This document shows, piece after piece, positions 18,681 to 28,177 of a stretch of DNA of 64,000 nucleotides. How positions within the stretch are numbered: position 1 is the stretch's first letter; each line of letters begins with the position of its first letter. The DNA is from Thermoplasmatota archaeon (GTDB taxonomy: Archaea > Thermoplasmatota > E2 > DHVEG-1), in assembly GCA_041550515.1 (NCBI GenBank), contig JBFEOQ010000001.1:50998-114997 (forward strand), written 5' to 3'. The translations under genes and the position numbers were made by a program. The notes beneath the pieces are model-generated. The model was not told the DNA's origin, did not search any database, and was given only the letters and a program-made list of their open reading frames with translations.

Positions 18681-20831
18681 TTGACAAAAAAAATTATAGT
18701 TTTTATAAATTTATCTATATTAATTATTTTTGCTTTTACCAATATAAATATATCCGCACCAATACCTGGTCAAATTTATGAAGAGAATTCATCAATTATT
18801 TATCGAAATGTAACAGTATATGCTCCTGCTGTAGCAAGTACTGATCAAGGTTATATTGGTGTTATGTCTACTATTACAGTTACTATACAGAGTAATGGAA
18901 GTGGTAAGGTTTTTGTTGATACACTTCCTTTGACACAAGTTGATATGCAAGGTTCTGCACGTCTTGCAGTAAAAGTTGCTAGTGCTCTAGTAAAAAATGA
19001 TGCTAATTGTAGTATTAATCCTGGTTCTTTTGATTATTTTTTTGTTGTTCGTACTAATTCACCAGTTATTGGAGGACCAAGTGCTGGAGGTATTATGACT
19101 GTTGCAACAATTGCTCTTCTTGAGAATTGGTCTTTAGATGAATATACCATCATGACAGGCATGATTAATCCAGATGGAAGTATAGGTCCCATTGGTGGTA
19201 TTCCATACAAAGTTGATGCAGCAAATAACGTTGGTGCAAAACGTTTTTTAATTCCAAAAGGTCAATCAACTTATCTTGAAACAATACAAGAAATTACAAC
19301 AAATAACGGCTGGACTCAAACACAGATTAGAACTGTTACAAGAAGTATTGAAGATTATATAAAAAACAAAGGGTATAGTATAGAAATAGTTGAAGTAGAA
19401 GATATTAATCAAGCAGTGAAAAATTTTACAGGATATAATTTTTCACCTTTTGTATCTGAGGGAGAAATCAAAAATGATGAATATAACACTGCATTTATGA
19501 CTCTTTCAAATTCTTTACTATTAAAATCTCAAGAACTCTATACCTCATCAAGTGATTTATTTAATAATTCACGTTCTAATATCCCAAATAAAATTTGGGA
19601 TTGGAACCGATTCACTTGGATTTATCATCGTAGTGATATAGAAAATGAACTAGATAGTGTAAAATTTTTAATTGAAGAATCAAAAACATGGTTTAATCGT
19701 GAAATGTACTATACTAGCACAACTAAATCATTTTTATCTCTAATTAAATCTCGTTATGTTCAATTTGTATGTAATTATTTTAGTACACCTGAAGAATATA
19801 GACCTACTTATGTCGAAAATCTTATTGATGAAATAAACCTATTTTGTCATGGAAAAAATACTGAGGCAAGAAATATTGGAATAAACGGTTTTGTATCTTT
19901 GCAGTGTGTGGGTGGTGCACAGAAACGTGCATCTGAGGCAGATGATTATTTAACAAATGCTTATAATAGTTATAAAAATGGCGAATATCTATCTTGTTTA
20001 GATTATCTTGCAAAAGCAAAAGAACGAAGTGAGAGTGTCGGTTGGTGGCTTAATATAACAAGATATTTTAATGAATCAAGTACCATTAAAACGTCTGATA
20101 TAAATACTATTGCTCTTGAATATATTGAAGAAGCTCAGCAAGCGATAACATATTCAAGTATTATAATAGATGAAATGAATTCTAATTCTAACTACCTTTA
20201 TGATGCCCAAAACATGCTAGAGAAAGCAAGAACTGAAAGAAAAAATGGTTACCCCGCAGCAGCACTTTTTGAAGCACTAGACGCAATAACAAAAGCAAAT
20301 CTTGAAATAGAAACAATAGGTATTAGCAGCAAAGATGACTATAAGGAGAAAATTGATAGAATTAATATTAGTACGTATTCAAATATATTAAAAAGTGTAG
20401 GTTATGGCATTAAACCTGTTCTACCAGTTTGTTATTATGAATATGCTGAAAGCCTTCTTGATGAAGAGGATCTTACAACATCGCTTTTTTATTATCGCTT
20501 TAGTGGTATGATCGCTGGTGCTCTTAGTTTTACTAACGTTAGCAAAGGAACTATTTCTTCAAGATATGAAGGGGTTCCTAAAATAAATTTACCAATTCAA
20601 ATTACAAATATTTTTTCACGATTAGGTACAATATTAATAGTTTTTATTTTAGGTGGAATTATGGGATTATGCCTTGGTTTGTTAATAGCTTTATTGTTAA
20701 ACAATAAACCAACAAAAAATGTTGTTATAAACAAAAAAGAAAAAGGAAATTATAAAAGTTACAAGGGCTATAGATATCCAAATAATGAGATTCCAAGGAG
20801 TATAAGGGATTATTACAGAAAAAACAAATAA
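18681..20831 (+). CDS. Secreted, membrane-anchored archaeal S16 (Lon-like, ATPase-less) serine protease
   Basis: N-terminal hydrophobic segment; IGGPSAGG (Ser), MTGMINPDGSIGPIGGIPYK (Lys); helical middle; C-terminal TM. Confidence 0.85.
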   Translation: MTKKIIVFINLSILIIFAFTNINISAPIPGQIYEENSSIIYRNVTVYAPAVASTDQGYIGVMSTITVTIQSNGSGKVFVDTLPLTQVDMQGSARLAVKVASALVKNDANCSINPGSFDYFFVVRTNSPVIGGPSAGGIMTVATIALLENWSLDEYTIMTGMINPDGSIGPIGGIPYKVDAANNVGAKRFLIPKGQSTYLETIQEITTNNGWTQTQIRTVTRSIEDYIKNKGYSIEIVEVEDINQAVKNFTGYNFSPFVSEGEIKNDEYNTAFMTLSNSLLLKSQELYTSSSDLFNNSRSNIPNKIWDWNRFTWIYHRSDIENELDSVKFLIEESKTWFNREMYYTSTTKSFLSLIKSRYVQFVCNYFSTPEEYRPTYVENLIDEINLFCHGKNTEARNIGINGFVSLQCVGGAQKRASEADDYLTNAYNSYKNGEYLSCLDYLAKAKERSESVGWWLNITRYFNESSTIKTSDINTIALEYIEEAQQAITYSSIIIDEMNSNSNYLYDAQNMLEKARTERKNGYPAAALFEALDAITKANLEIETIGISSKDDYKEKIDRINISTYSNILKSVGYGIKPVLPVCYYEYAESLLDEEDLTTSLFYYRFSGMIAGALSFTNVSKGTISSRYEGVPKINLPIQITNIFSRLGTILIVFILGGIMGLCLGLLIALLLNNKPTKNVVINKKEKGNYKSYKGYRYPNNEIPRSIRDYYRKNK

Positions 20832-20861
20832 TACTACATTCAAATATTGATTTAATATAAT

Positions 20862-21896
20862 ATGAAAATAAAAGGCAAATTTATAGATGAAAAAATAATC
20901 ATTGAAAAACCAAAAGATATAGGCAGACTTTATAACAAAAGTCATTTTGGTAATTCCATTAGTGGGAACAAACTTGAACTTGACCTTATTGAAAGCTGCT
21001 ATTTACTTGATGAGGATAAAATTAGTTTAACAAAAGATAAAGAAAAAATCAATTTTGAGGGGCTTATAGATATTACCTCAAGAAAAATTTTAGATTTTGA
21101 TATAAAATATATTGTTTTTAAGGATCTTAAAAACAGAGGGGTTTCAATAAAACTTTTTAATGATCTAAATGGAATTACTTTTAGAGATTTTAAAAAAGAA
21201 TTTTTTATCTGCGTCTTCTCAGAGAGTGACTTTTTTAATATAAAAAAAACGATTAATATTATCTCAAAAGTGACAAAAAAAAATTTTAAACTTTGGTTTG
21301 CAATAGTTGATTTTGAAGGTGATGTTACATATTATGATGTTTCAATTATCAATTTTAAAGGTATTAATAAAAAAGGCAGGTATTTAAAAAACAAAGGATT
21401 GTTATATGAAAATTCAGTTATTATTTTTAATAAAAAACTAAAAGATAATCTGTTCCAAAAAGAATTTTTTGGTAAACCTTTTGGTAGTGGATTACGTCTT
21501 TCTTATGTCGAAAGTTTATATCTTTCAGATGAAAATATATTGGAAATAAAAAATAATGAAGATAGAAATATTTCTCGTGAGGATTTTATTAATAAAATAA
21601 AATTGATGGACCCAGTTTTTAATGAGCGATTTAAGGTATATTATGATTTAAAAAAACGTGGACTTATAACCAAAACTGGTTTTAAATTCGGAACAGATTT
21701 CCGCTGTTACACAAAAAATCCTGATGAAATTCATGCTGAATATTTAGTTCATATTATAGCTGAAAAATTTAAAATAATTTGGTCTGAAATGAGTCGTGCA
21801 ATTAGACTTGCTCATTCTGTGAATAAAGAAATCATTTTTGCTTGTGTTGAAAAAAACAAAATTGAATATATAAAATTTGGTCGTTTAAGACCATAA
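20862..21896 (+). CDS. endA: tRNA-intron endonuclease (two-unit, homodimeric type)
   Basis: Tandem units; catalytic C-terminal unit VY.DL..RG...KTGFKFGTDFR.Y......HAEYLV...R.AHSVNK; ends RLRP. Confidence 0.93.
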   Translation: MKIKGKFIDEKIIIEKPKDIGRLYNKSHFGNSISGNKLELDLIESCYLLDEDKISLTKDKEKINFEGLIDITSRKILDFDIKYIVFKDLKNRGVSIKLFNDLNGITFRDFKKEFFICVFSESDFFNIKKTINIISKVTKKNFKLWFAIVDFEGDVTYYDVSIINFKGINKKGRYLKNKGLLYENSVIIFNKKLKDNLFQKEFFGKPFGSGLRLSYVESLYLSDENILEIKNNEDRNISREDFINKIKLMDPVFNERFKVYYDLKKRGLITKTGFKFGTDFRCYTKNPDEIHAEYLVHIIAEKFKIIWSEMSRAIRLAHSVNKEIIFACVEKNKIEYIKFGRLRP

Positions 21897-21959
21897 TTTT
21901 TTTATAATATATTTTTGTTTTATGTTATATTTTATTAAATTGGGGAGAAAAAAATTATT

Positions 21960-22598
21960 ATGTTAAAATTACGTTGGCATGGGCATTCTTGTTTTGAAAT
22001 TACTAATCATAAAACAATAGTTACAGATCCGCATGATGGAAAAAGTATTGGAATACCTGCACCAAGTGTTCAAGCAGATATTATAGTTATTTCTCATGAT
22101 CATTATGATCATAACAGTGCAAAAACCGTTAAAAAAAATGATAGTAAAGTTATTACTGATGGTCGTAAGAGTAATATAGACAATGTTGAGATTTATGGAA
22201 TAAATACATTTCATGATGAGGAAGAAGGTGCCAAACGGGGTAAGAATATATTATTCAAATTCATATTAAATAACATCACTTTCTTCCATCTTGGAGATCT
22301 AGGTCATGATCTAGATGATGATACAATATCAAGAATCGGAAATATTGATGTTTTATTTATACCAATTGGTGGAACTTTTACAATTGATGATAAAAAAGCA
22401 TGGAATATTATTAATAAGATCAAACCAAAAATTATTATTCCTATGCATTATAAAATAGGAGGTCTTTCGCTACCAATATCAGGAATTGATACCTTTCTTG
22501 AACAAAATCCTTTTAATCTAATTCATGTAGGTAATGAAATAAATATTGAAAAAGAAGATTTACCTGAAGAACCTGAGGTTTGGGTTTTTACTCTTTAA
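21960..22598 (+). CDS. Metallo-beta-lactamase fold hydrolase
   Basis: W.GHSCF, DP, SHDHYDHN, HD...G..RG.N, HLGDLGH, IPMHY. Confidence 0.9.
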   Translation: MLKLRWHGHSCFEITNHKTIVTDPHDGKSIGIPAPSVQADIIVISHDHYDHNSAKTVKKNDSKVITDGRKSNIDNVEIYGINTFHDEEEGAKRGKNILFKFILNNITFFHLGDLGHDLDDDTISRIGNIDVLFIPIGGTFTIDDKKAWNIINKIKPKIIIPMHYKIGGLSLPISGIDTFLEQNPFNLIHVGNEINIEKEDLPEEPEVWVFTL

Positions 22599-23563
22599 TT
22601 ATCAAATATTTCAATATTTATACAATTAGGTGGTATTTTTCCCTTTAAACCATTAATCATATTTTCTGCAACAATAATTGCCATCTTAGTTCTTGTTTCA
22701 GCTGTTGCAGATGCAGAATGAGGTTGTAAAACAACATTCTCAAGCTTTAAAAGTTCTTTATTTATCTCGGGTTCGTGCTCATAAACATCAAGACCTGCAC
22801 CAAAAATCCAGTTATTTTTTAGAGCTTTTACAAGAGCTTGTTCATCAACTATAGGGCCCCGAGATGTGTTAATTAATATCGTTGTTTTTCCCATCATTTT
22901 TAATTGTCTTTCGCTAATTAAATGATGAGTATCATGTAAATATGGTAAATGCACAGAGATAAAATCCGATTCTTTTAATAATCTATCTAATTCTACTTTT
23001 TTTGCAGATAATTCATCTTCAAGCTTTCGATTTCTTAAATTATCATAATATAAAACATTCATTTTAAATCCCTTACTCTTCAACGCAAAAGCTGTACCAA
23101 TACGACCAGTTCCTATAACACCAAGAGTTTTAGCAGTTATATCTCGACCATGCATAAGCAGCGGTGCCCATCCTTTAAACTTTCCTTGTCTTGTAAATTT
23201 ATCAGCTTCTACAATACGACGGGCCACTGAAAAAAGTAATGCCCAGGCCATCTCTGCTGTAGTATCAGTTAAAACATTTGGTGTATTAGTAACAATTATT
23301 TTTCTTTTTGTAGCTGTTTTAACATCAATATTATCATAACCAACAGCATAATTAGAAATAATCTTAAGTTTTGGTTCTGAGTTTATCACCTCTTTATCAA
23401 TTACATCAGTAAGCAAACAGACGAGGCCATCTTTATTTTTTAATCCTTTTATAATTTCTTGTTTTGATAAAACTCTATCATATGGATTTATCTCTAACTC
23501 ATGATTTCTTTCTAGCAGATTTAAACCTTGTATAGGGATTTTTCTTGTTACAAATATTTTCAT
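22595..23563 (-). CDS. gyaR: Glyoxylate reductase / D-glycerate dehydrogenase
   Basis: NYAVGYDNID, TNTP.VLTDTTAE, G.GRIG, NTSRGPIVDE, GLDVYE.EP, PHSASA. Confidence 0.82.
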   Translation of the reverse strand: MKIFVTRKIPIQGLNLLERNHELEINPYDRVLSKQEIIKGLKNKDGLVCLLTDVIDKEVINSEPKLKIISNYAVGYDNIDVKTATKRKIIVTNTPNVLTDTTAEMAWALLFSVARRIVEADKFTRQGKFKGWAPLLMHGRDITAKTLGVIGTGRIGTAFALKSKGFKMNVLYYDNLRNRKLEDELSAKKVELDRLLKESDFISVHLPYLHDTHHLISERQLKMMGKTTILINTSRGPIVDEQALVKALKNNWIFGAGLDVYEHEPEINKELLKLENVVLQPHSASATAETRTKMAIIVAENMINGLKGKIPPNCINIEIFDN

Positions 23564-23710
23564 AAAAGATATGAATATTAAAAGGTTTAAAAAAATTTGT
23601 AAAAAACTTTCAAAAATATATATTAAAAAAAATTTTTATATAGAAATTAACTCATTTTTTAATTTGATTTTATATCTTTGCATAAAAGATTGTTTTAGCC
23701 TTATAAAAAG

Positions 23711-24607
23711 TTAACATAGATTACTTACCACATAAATAATAACTTTATTTAAAGATACGTCTAATTTATATTTTTCACCCATTTTAAAAATTACTCCATT
23801 AATGTTATCGATTTCAGTTTTACTATCATTTTGAATGCTCTGAAGCATTGAAGAAAAATTCTCTCTTGTATCAAAAATAACTTCTTTCGTTAAATTGAGA
23901 ACATCCTCGTAAACAAGATTAAAACCGCAGGCATTTGCAACTTGGACAGATTCATAACAAATTTTTTCCATTAATTTTTCTAAAATTGGATTTTTTAAAA
24001 TATAACCATTTTTACATTTAAAAATACAAGTTATCGGATTTATAACTGAGTTTACCACACCTTTAGTCCAAATATCATACATTATATTGGTAGAAACCTT
24101 AGTTTTAATTCCTGATAAATTAAATAAATCAACTAACTTTTGCTCAAAAAAAGAGTTTTTTACCAAAGCTCCAATAGTAGTTTTACCGATACCTGTATGT
24201 ATAATAACACCAGGTTTATAAAAAACAGAACCATGAGTAGTGATACAAACAAATAATTTCTTTTTATCCATTATTTTTTCAATTTTTTCAATATTATCAA
24301 GACCATTTTGTATCGACATAATAAAAGTATTTTTATCTATGATTTTTTTAATTTTTTTTACAGCATTTTCTGTATCATAGGACTTAACTGAGATGATAAC
24401 AAGATCTGGTGAAAACAAAATATCCTCAAAATTTTCAAATGCTGAAATTTTAATATTTTTTTTTGTTTTGCCTTTAATTATAAGACCTTTTTTCTTTATC
24501 TGCTCAATATGATTTTTTCTGCCAATTAAAAAAACATTATTATTTTTAGCAAGTATACCTCCAAATAATGAACCTATTGCACCTGCTCCAAAAATAACTA
24601 TATTCAT
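23711..24607 (-). CDS. panE: 2-dehydropantoate 2-reductase
   Basis: GAGAIG, VKSYDT, QNGL, W.K..VN..INP, N.SSMLQ......TEID.ING. Confidence 0.9.
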   Translation of the reverse strand: MNIVIFGAGAIGSLFGGILAKNNNVFLIGRKNHIEQIKKKGLIIKGKTKKNIKISAFENFEDILFSPDLVIISVKSYDTENAVKKIKKIIDKNTFIMSIQNGLDNIEKIEKIMDKKKLFVCITTHGSVFYKPGVIIHTGIGKTTIGALVKNSFFEQKLVDLFNLSGIKTKVSTNIMYDIWTKGVVNSVINPITCIFKCKNGYILKNPILEKLMEKICYESVQVANACGFNLVYEDVLNLTKEVIFDTRENFSSMLQSIQNDSKTEIDNINGVIFKMGEKYKLDVSLNKVIIYVVSNLC

Positions 24608-24609
24608 AA

Positions 24610-25515
24610 TTACAAATCTATCTCCTTATTTTTCTCTTGGATTAAAGCTTCATCCATAATAATTAAAGGATGTAATATAGGGACTTTAATACAATTTTTT
24701 AATTTTCTGATTTCTTTTAAAATATAAGAATAATCTTCTGACAAAAAATAATCAGTTATAACTGCTTCACAACCATAATCAAGAATAATGTTGTTAATAG
24801 TTTTATAAAAAGAACTTTTCTTACAATAAATTATTTCGAAGTTGTAATACCATTTTTTAGTAAAATTTTTAATATGTTTTATAACTTCTTTTTCTAAAGT
24901 TAAAAAAACTGGAATACAACCTCTACGCATCATGTACCATGTAGCGAGAAATTTATAATCCCTTGATTGAACAAGAGATAGTACTTTTCCTTGGGAACCA
25001 AGAGGTAAACCACCAGGTCCAAAAAATTTTTCAAAAAAGAAAAAAGCTTTATTTTGTCTAATTTCTATAAATAGTTCTATATCTGGACATGTAAGATTTA
25101 CTTTTGCATTTGTTTGTTTTACTATTTCATTACCTAATATTATAGCAACATCTTGACTTGTGTAATTATGAATTCCTTCACGTTTTACTTTTAAAGCAAA
25201 AGAAATATCTTTATTAATTTTATCTTTTATTACTTTAATAACAAATTTTTTCATGGAATCAATATTATTATTTGTTTGAAAACAAGGACTAATTGATTTA
25301 ATCCCAAATATTTTCTTTAAAATCTTAATAGTTTTTTTGATCTTTTTTGTATAAATGAAAAATCTACCGCGGGTTCTATAAATATTAAAGATAATGTTTT
25401 CTTTTTTTAAAATATAATTTATATTATTTCTTAGGATGTTTTCAAATATTTTTCGGGTAAACTTTGCTTTCAGTCCTATTTCACTATATCTGACTATTAT
25501 TAAATTAGGTTTCAC
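24610..25515 (-). CDS. THUMP-domain ThiI-like protein with degenerate catalytic domain
   Basis: ThiI N-terminus (IVRYSEIGLK...R..FE..L..NI), THUMP (VNLT.PD....IEIR), GPGGLPLGSQGK; PP-loop SGGxDS replaced by VQSRDY. Confidence 0.8.
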   Translation of the reverse strand: MKPNLIIVRYSEIGLKAKFTRKIFENILRNNINYILKKENIIFNIYRTRGRFFIYTKKIKKTIKILKKIFGIKSISPCFQTNNNIDSMKKFVIKVIKDKINKDISFALKVKREGIHNYTSQDVAIILGNEIVKQTNAKVNLTCPDIELFIEIRQNKAFFFFEKFFGPGGLPLGSQGKVLSLVQSRDYKFLATWYMMRRGCIPVFLTLEKEVIKHIKNFTKKWYYNFEIIYCKKSSFYKTINNIILDYGCEAVITDYFLSEDYSYILKEIRKLKNCIKVPILHPLIIMDEALIQEKNKEIDL

Positions 25516-25630
25516 AAAACTTCTAAATCAAACAATATTACATTAATATTGCTAGTAAAATAATATATTTTAATAGAAATATTTATTTATAGAAAATTAA
25601 ATCAATAAATGATAGTCTGAGGTAGATAAA

Positions 25631-27112
25631 ATCGTCAAACGTGAACTCTGGAATACAAGATTTGCTTTTATTATGGCAGCAGTAGGTTCAGCTGTTGGCC
25701 TTGGAAATGTATGGAGGTTTCCTTACGTTTGTTATGAAAATGGAGGGGGTGCTTTTCTTATACCCTACTTTATAGCATTATTTACAGCTGGGATACCATT
25801 AATGATTTTAGAATTTTCTGTGGGTCATTGGGCTAAAAAAGCACCTCCTGAATCTTTTAAAAAAATTAATAAAAAATTAGAATGGTTTGGATGGGCGTCA
25901 ACATTACTGCCTTTTACAGTAGCAATATATTATATTGTAATTATGGCGTGGTGCTTTTCCTATATGATTTATGCAATAGATTTAAGATGGGGTATGCAGG
26001 CAGAATTATTTTTTAATAATTTTCTGGGAGATACAGGAAGTCCAATAATATTTGGGAAAATTGGAATACCAATAATATTAGGTCTTATAGCAGTATGGTT
26101 ATGTATATTTTTAATATTGTACAAAGGTGTTAACAGAATAGGTAAAGTAGTTATTATATCTGTACCGCTTCCTTGGATACTGTTAATATTACTTACCATT
26201 AGAGGAATGACATTACCCGGAGCATTGGAAGGTATCACATACTATCTTACACCAAATTTTTCAAGTTTAGGAAATGTTAATGTTTGGCTTGCAGCATATG
26301 CACAAGTATTTTTTTCAATAGGAGTTGCACAAGGTATTATGATTACCTATGCAAGTTTCTTAAAAAAGAAATCTGATATTAATAATAATGCTTTCATTGT
26401 TGCACTTGCTGATGCTGGAACTTCATTTTTAGCTGGTTTTGCTGTTTTTAGCGTAGTTGGATATCTAGCAATGACCCAAGGTATTGGAATCCAAGCACTA
26501 GCTTCAAATATCGCAGGTCCAAATCTTACATTTGTTACTTATCCAACGGCAATATCTTTATTTCCTTTTGCGGCTGCTTTTTTTGGATTGATATTTTTTG
26601 TAGCGCTTCTAACTTTTGGAATTGATTCAGCGTTTTCAATGATAGAACCAATATCTGCGGCAGTTCATAGTAAGTGGGGAATCTCAAAATTAAAAGTGAC
26701 AGGTATATTTTGTGTAACTGGGCTTATATTTAGTTTAATTTTTGTGTCCGGAAACGGCTTTCACCTTATCGATCTTATTGATCATTTCGTAACTAATTTT
26801 GGTTTGGTATTAATCGGTTTAATAGAGTGTATTATCTTTGGCTGGGCTTATACCATCTCAAAATTAAGAGATCATGCCAACCAGACATCTGATATAAAAA
26901 TTGGTAGATGGTGGGATATTTTAATAAAATACATAATACCCTGTGTATTGATAATAATACTAGTGGTTGCAGTATTTGAAAATATTACTAATCCATATAT
27001 GGATTATCCTTCATGGATTATTATAATAGGAGGAATTCTTCCGATATTGTTATTATTTATTATTTCAATTATATTGATGAAACTTAAAAGCAGAGAAGGA
27101 GATGAAGCTTGA
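25631..27112 (+). CDS. Sodium-dependent amino-acid transporter (NSS/SNF family), probable ATC start
   Basis: AVGSAVGLGNVWRFPY..YENGGGAFLIPY, AQVFFS. Conserved KRE.W..R..FI lies in frame upstream of the track ATG (25673). Confidence 0.9.
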   Translation: MVKRELWNTRFAFIMAAVGSAVGLGNVWRFPYVCYENGGGAFLIPYFIALFTAGIPLMILEFSVGHWAKKAPPESFKKINKKLEWFGWASTLLPFTVAIYYIVIMAWCFSYMIYAIDLRWGMQAELFFNNFLGDTGSPIIFGKIGIPIILGLIAVWLCIFLILYKGVNRIGKVVIISVPLPWILLILLTIRGMTLPGALEGITYYLTPNFSSLGNVNVWLAAYAQVFFSIGVAQGIMITYASFLKKKSDINNNAFIVALADAGTSFLAGFAVFSVVGYLAMTQGIGIQALASNIAGPNLTFVTYPTAISLFPFAAAFFGLIFFVALLTFGIDSAFSMIEPISAAVHSKWGISKLKVTGIFCVTGLIFSLIFVSGNGFHLIDLIDHFVTNFGLVLIGLIECIIFGWAYTISKLRDHANQTSDIKIGRWWDILIKYIIPCVLIIILVVAVFENITNPYMDYPSWIIIIGGILPILLLFIISIILMKLKSREGDEA

Positions 27113-27207
27113 TGCTACCTATTTCAGCTATTATCATGTTTATATTTGGCGCTACAATATGTTATGGTGGACTTGCATACTTTATTTTTAGAGCTATTAA
27201 AAAATAA
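27112..27207 (+). CDS. MetS-type NSS transporter small subunit (31 aa)
   Basis: MLPISAIIMFIFGATICYGGLAYFIFRAIKK; ATG overlaps the transporter TGA; GGAGA upstream. Below the ORF-track cutoff. Confidence 0.8.
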   Translation: MLPISAIIMFIFGATICYGGLAYFIFRAIKK

Positions 27208-27276
27208 TTTAATTTTAAGTAAACTACTTTTGTTTAAAAAAATATAACTAAAATATTTCCTTATTAATTATATGAA

Positions 27277-28041
27277 TTAAATATTAGTTAAAATTTCTTT
27301 TTCAAATAACTTTATTTGATATAAATAATTTTTATCTATTTCAAATTCGAAATCATAAAAAATATCTTTTAAAATAAGTTGTGCAGCAGGAGCAACTCCA
27401 AAATCATATCGTTCTTTAGGGTATTTCAAAGCATTAATTATTTCGTTTTGGGTTATTTTCCCCATACCTAATTTCTTGACTGCTGATATAATTCTTCTAA
27501 CTTGATTCCAAAGAAAATTTTTTGCAAAAAAATCTATTATTATAAATTTATTAGATTTTCTAACTAGGATATTATCAATTATACGAACGGGATTCTTGTC
27601 TTTTTCGATTCTTGCAAAATTAGAAAAATCATGTTCACCTGTAAAAAAAGATAATACTTTTATTATTTTTTCGTAATTTAGTTTTATAATATCTAGATAA
27701 TATCTATATTGTCTATAATCAGCATATCTTGGATAAAAATCATCATCCACAATTTTATAACCATAATATAATATTTCCTTATTTTCCTTATTTAAACTGT
27801 TTAAAATTTCACTTGGGAGAAAATTAGTATTAAATGCAATGACACTACCCAAGGATGAAACGCCCTTATCAGTTCTACTAGCTGAACGAAAAACTGATTC
27901 TTCAGGATTTATTATTAATTTATTTTCTGTCAGAGTCTTAATTATTTTATCTTCTACTGTTTTTAATTTTGGTTGTCGTGCATATCCATAGAAATTCTTA
28001 CCATTATATGCAAACTTTAAAGCAACTCTCATCACAATCAT
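27277..28041 (-). CDS. truA: tRNA pseudouridine(38-40) synthase TruA
   Basis: AY.G..F.G..RQP...TVE, ASRTDKGVS, G.HDFSNF, FLWNQVRRI. Confidence 0.93.
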   Translation of the reverse strand: MIVMRVALKFAYNGKNFYGYARQPKLKTVEDKIIKTLTENKLIINPEESVFRSASRTDKGVSSLGSVIAFNTNFLPSEILNSLNKENKEILYYGYKIVDDDFYPRYADYRQYRYYLDIIKLNYEKIIKVLSFFTGEHDFSNFARIEKDKNPVRIIDNILVRKSNKFIIIDFFAKNFLWNQVRRIISAVKKLGMGKITQNEIINALKYPKERYDFGVAPAAQLILKDIFYDFEFEIDKNYLYQIKLFEKEILTNI

Positions 28042-28177
28042 ATATAAAAAAATTCTTTAAAAAGATAAAACATATTACTCCTCAATATAATTTCAAGAGA
28101 AAATATTTCATTAACCATCTTTTTAAATCCTATTGGTAATTAATTATTTTTATAACGATAGTAAAAACAAAATATCT

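Noticed and set aside
23561..23690. Direct repeat CATAAAAGAT (23561-23570 and 23681-23690)
   Set aside because: Only 10 nt, AT-rich and two copies; compatible with chance.
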